Assembly (NCBI GenBank): GCA_002633005.1 | Contig: NMRA01000192.1 | Location: forward strand, 666,669-730,668 | Direction of reading: 5' to 3' | DNA: 64,000 bases | From: Phoronis australis | Taxonomy: Eukaryota > Animalia > Phoronida | Part shown: positions 63,401 through 64,000 of the stretch, piece by piece | Layout: every line of letters starts with the position of its first letter | Position numbering within the stretch: the stretch's first letter is position 1 | Notes under the pieces: model-generated | The model's database searches: none | What the model was told of the DNA's origin: nothing | What the model saw: the letters and a program-made list of their open reading frames with translations, nothing else | Position numbers and translations under genes: made by a program

Positions 63401-63834
63401 CAAATTTACCGAGTGTGCTATCAGACACAGCATATTTAAGTAATTGATCAAAATGAGGCAATTACATGAATGAAATCAATAATAAAAATATTCTTAAAAC
63501 TTAATCACCGCGAAACATTAAAAGAATCACTGAGACTTTCGATGACGATGCGCCATCATGTTAGAGGGGACAAGATGGCGGATCACTATCGAAAGCCTCT
63601 CGGTGATCCCTTTTGTTTTCGCTGTGAGTACTTTTGATATGTTTTCATTATGCCTCAACCAAAGTTCATTACCTATTATCACTTATTGAAATCGTTTGAT
63701 TGGCAGTCAGATTGTGTAAAGTGGCCTGTGACTTCTGTTTTATGTAGAAAATTAAAGGTGCATTACCTTTTTAGAACTTTCAATCAACACGTGATTCAGT
63801 AATGGCATCCCCTTGGCTCTCATCGAGTAGTTAC
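54238..63834 (-). CDS. 3' part (8 exons) of glutamate carboxypeptidase II / NAALADase-like M28B peptidase gene; contains an in-frame TAG (possible null allele or pseudogene)
   Basis: Spliced peptide matches the FOLH1/NAALAD2 C-terminal half: [13 protein letters not shown]...[62 protein letters not shown]...GFPGL...W..VKRYLSV. The gene continues beyond the window end. Confidence 0.9.
56124..56216 (-). CDS. GCPII-like exon ([31 protein letters not shown])
   Basis: cttcag| ... AG|GTTATT; 93 nt, phase 2-2; TfR-dimerisation domain motif. Confidence 0.92.
57494..57575 (-). CDS. GCPII-like exon [26 protein letters not shown] with in-frame TAG at 57568-57570
   Basis: catag| ... |GTAAGT; 82 nt, phase 1-2; aligns to DSLFSAVKNF...FSERL of GCPII with the stop at the Leu position. 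Confidence 0.8.
58485..58662 (-). CDS. GCPII-like exon ([26 protein letters not shown]...QRGL)
   Basis: ctttag| ... G|GTAAAC; phase 0-1. Confidence 0.88.
58857..59100 (+). mobile_element. degenerate SINE-like copy
   Basis: A-box-like GTCGCTCAGTGG and a ctgagctcggttt segment shared with the 25862-26100 SINE; no clear B box or TSD. Confidence 0.35.
59891..59977 (-). CDS. GCPII-like exon with zinc-ligand His ([11 protein letters not shown])
   Basis: ttacag| ... |GTAACT; phase 0-0; YPLYHS motif (Tyr552/His553 of human GCPII). Confidence 0.92.
60273..60363 (-). CDS. GCPII-like exon ([13 protein letters not shown]...DIRYTFDH), followed by a GC donor
   Basis: ttcag| ... |GCAAGT; 91 nt, phase 2-0. 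Confidence 0.88.
60770..60912. mobile_element. possible MITE
   Basis: gcgttcagtag..ctagg / ccctagcgttactgaacg imperfect inverted ends. Confidence 0.4.
61187..61299 (-). CDS. GCPII-like exon ([20 protein letters not shown]...NVPR)
   Basis: gcacag| ... AG|GTGAGT; phase 0-2. Confidence 0.88.
61853..62960 (+). mobile_element. decayed THAP-containing transposon remnant in GCPII-like intron
   Basis: [12 protein letters not shown]...VTFYPTP...KTRR (THAP N-terminus), later NLGY and a coiled-coil-like [10 protein letters not shown]; fragmented, no TIRs found. Confidence 0.4.
63767..63834 (-). CDS. GCPII-like exon ([23 protein letters not shown])
   Basis: gatag| ... |GTAATG; 68 nt, phase 1-0; similar to GNYTLRVDCTPLMYSLV of GCPII. 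Confidence 0.88.
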
Positions 63835-64000
63835 CTATCAAAACATGTGAGACACTCAACAGGTGCGCAACAAGACAACTGTGAGAATACAAGTCATGAC
63901 ATTCCATTTAGGACAGAAATTTTGTCAAGAACAGTATTAGTTTTTCACGAAGAGTCTCGTCTTACGAGATGTACACATTTTTCTCAGTGAACCTAGGCCC

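Overview
This is eukaryotic (metazoan, probably marine invertebrate; the taxon cannot be fixed from sequence alone) genomic DNA with spliceosomal introns, so most ORF-track entries are spurious. Two minus-strand protein-coding genes can be rebuilt by hand. (1) A 27-coding-exon MUC4-like membrane mucin (33400->11006; 5598 nt, 1865 aa; all splice phases consistent): signal peptide, Thr-rich tandem-repeat stalk, NIDO, AMOP, VWD with GDPH, Ig/cadherin-like module, EGF array, SEA-like module, TM helix, short tail. (2) The last 8 exons of a glutamate carboxypeptidase II / NAALADase-like M28 peptidase gene (63834->54238; its 5' part is beyond the window). This gene has a GC-AG intron, substituted glutamate-pocket residues and an in-frame TAG in an otherwise intact exon. 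The rest is repeat-rich. It holds a ~2 kb element with perfect 17-bp terminal inverted repeats carrying decayed THAP and HIRAN domains, a decayed LINE with a relic 2A-like (DVELNPGP) peptide, a tRNA-derived SINE with a 14-bp TSD, several MITEs, minisatellites and microsatellites. There are no CRISPR arrays, rRNAs, bona fide tRNAs or prokaryotic systems, and I cannot claim a new biological system. The best leads are the THAP+HIRAN element, the GCPII-like stop codon and pocket changes, and the unusual mucin. All domain calls come from motif recognition by eye, not database searches.
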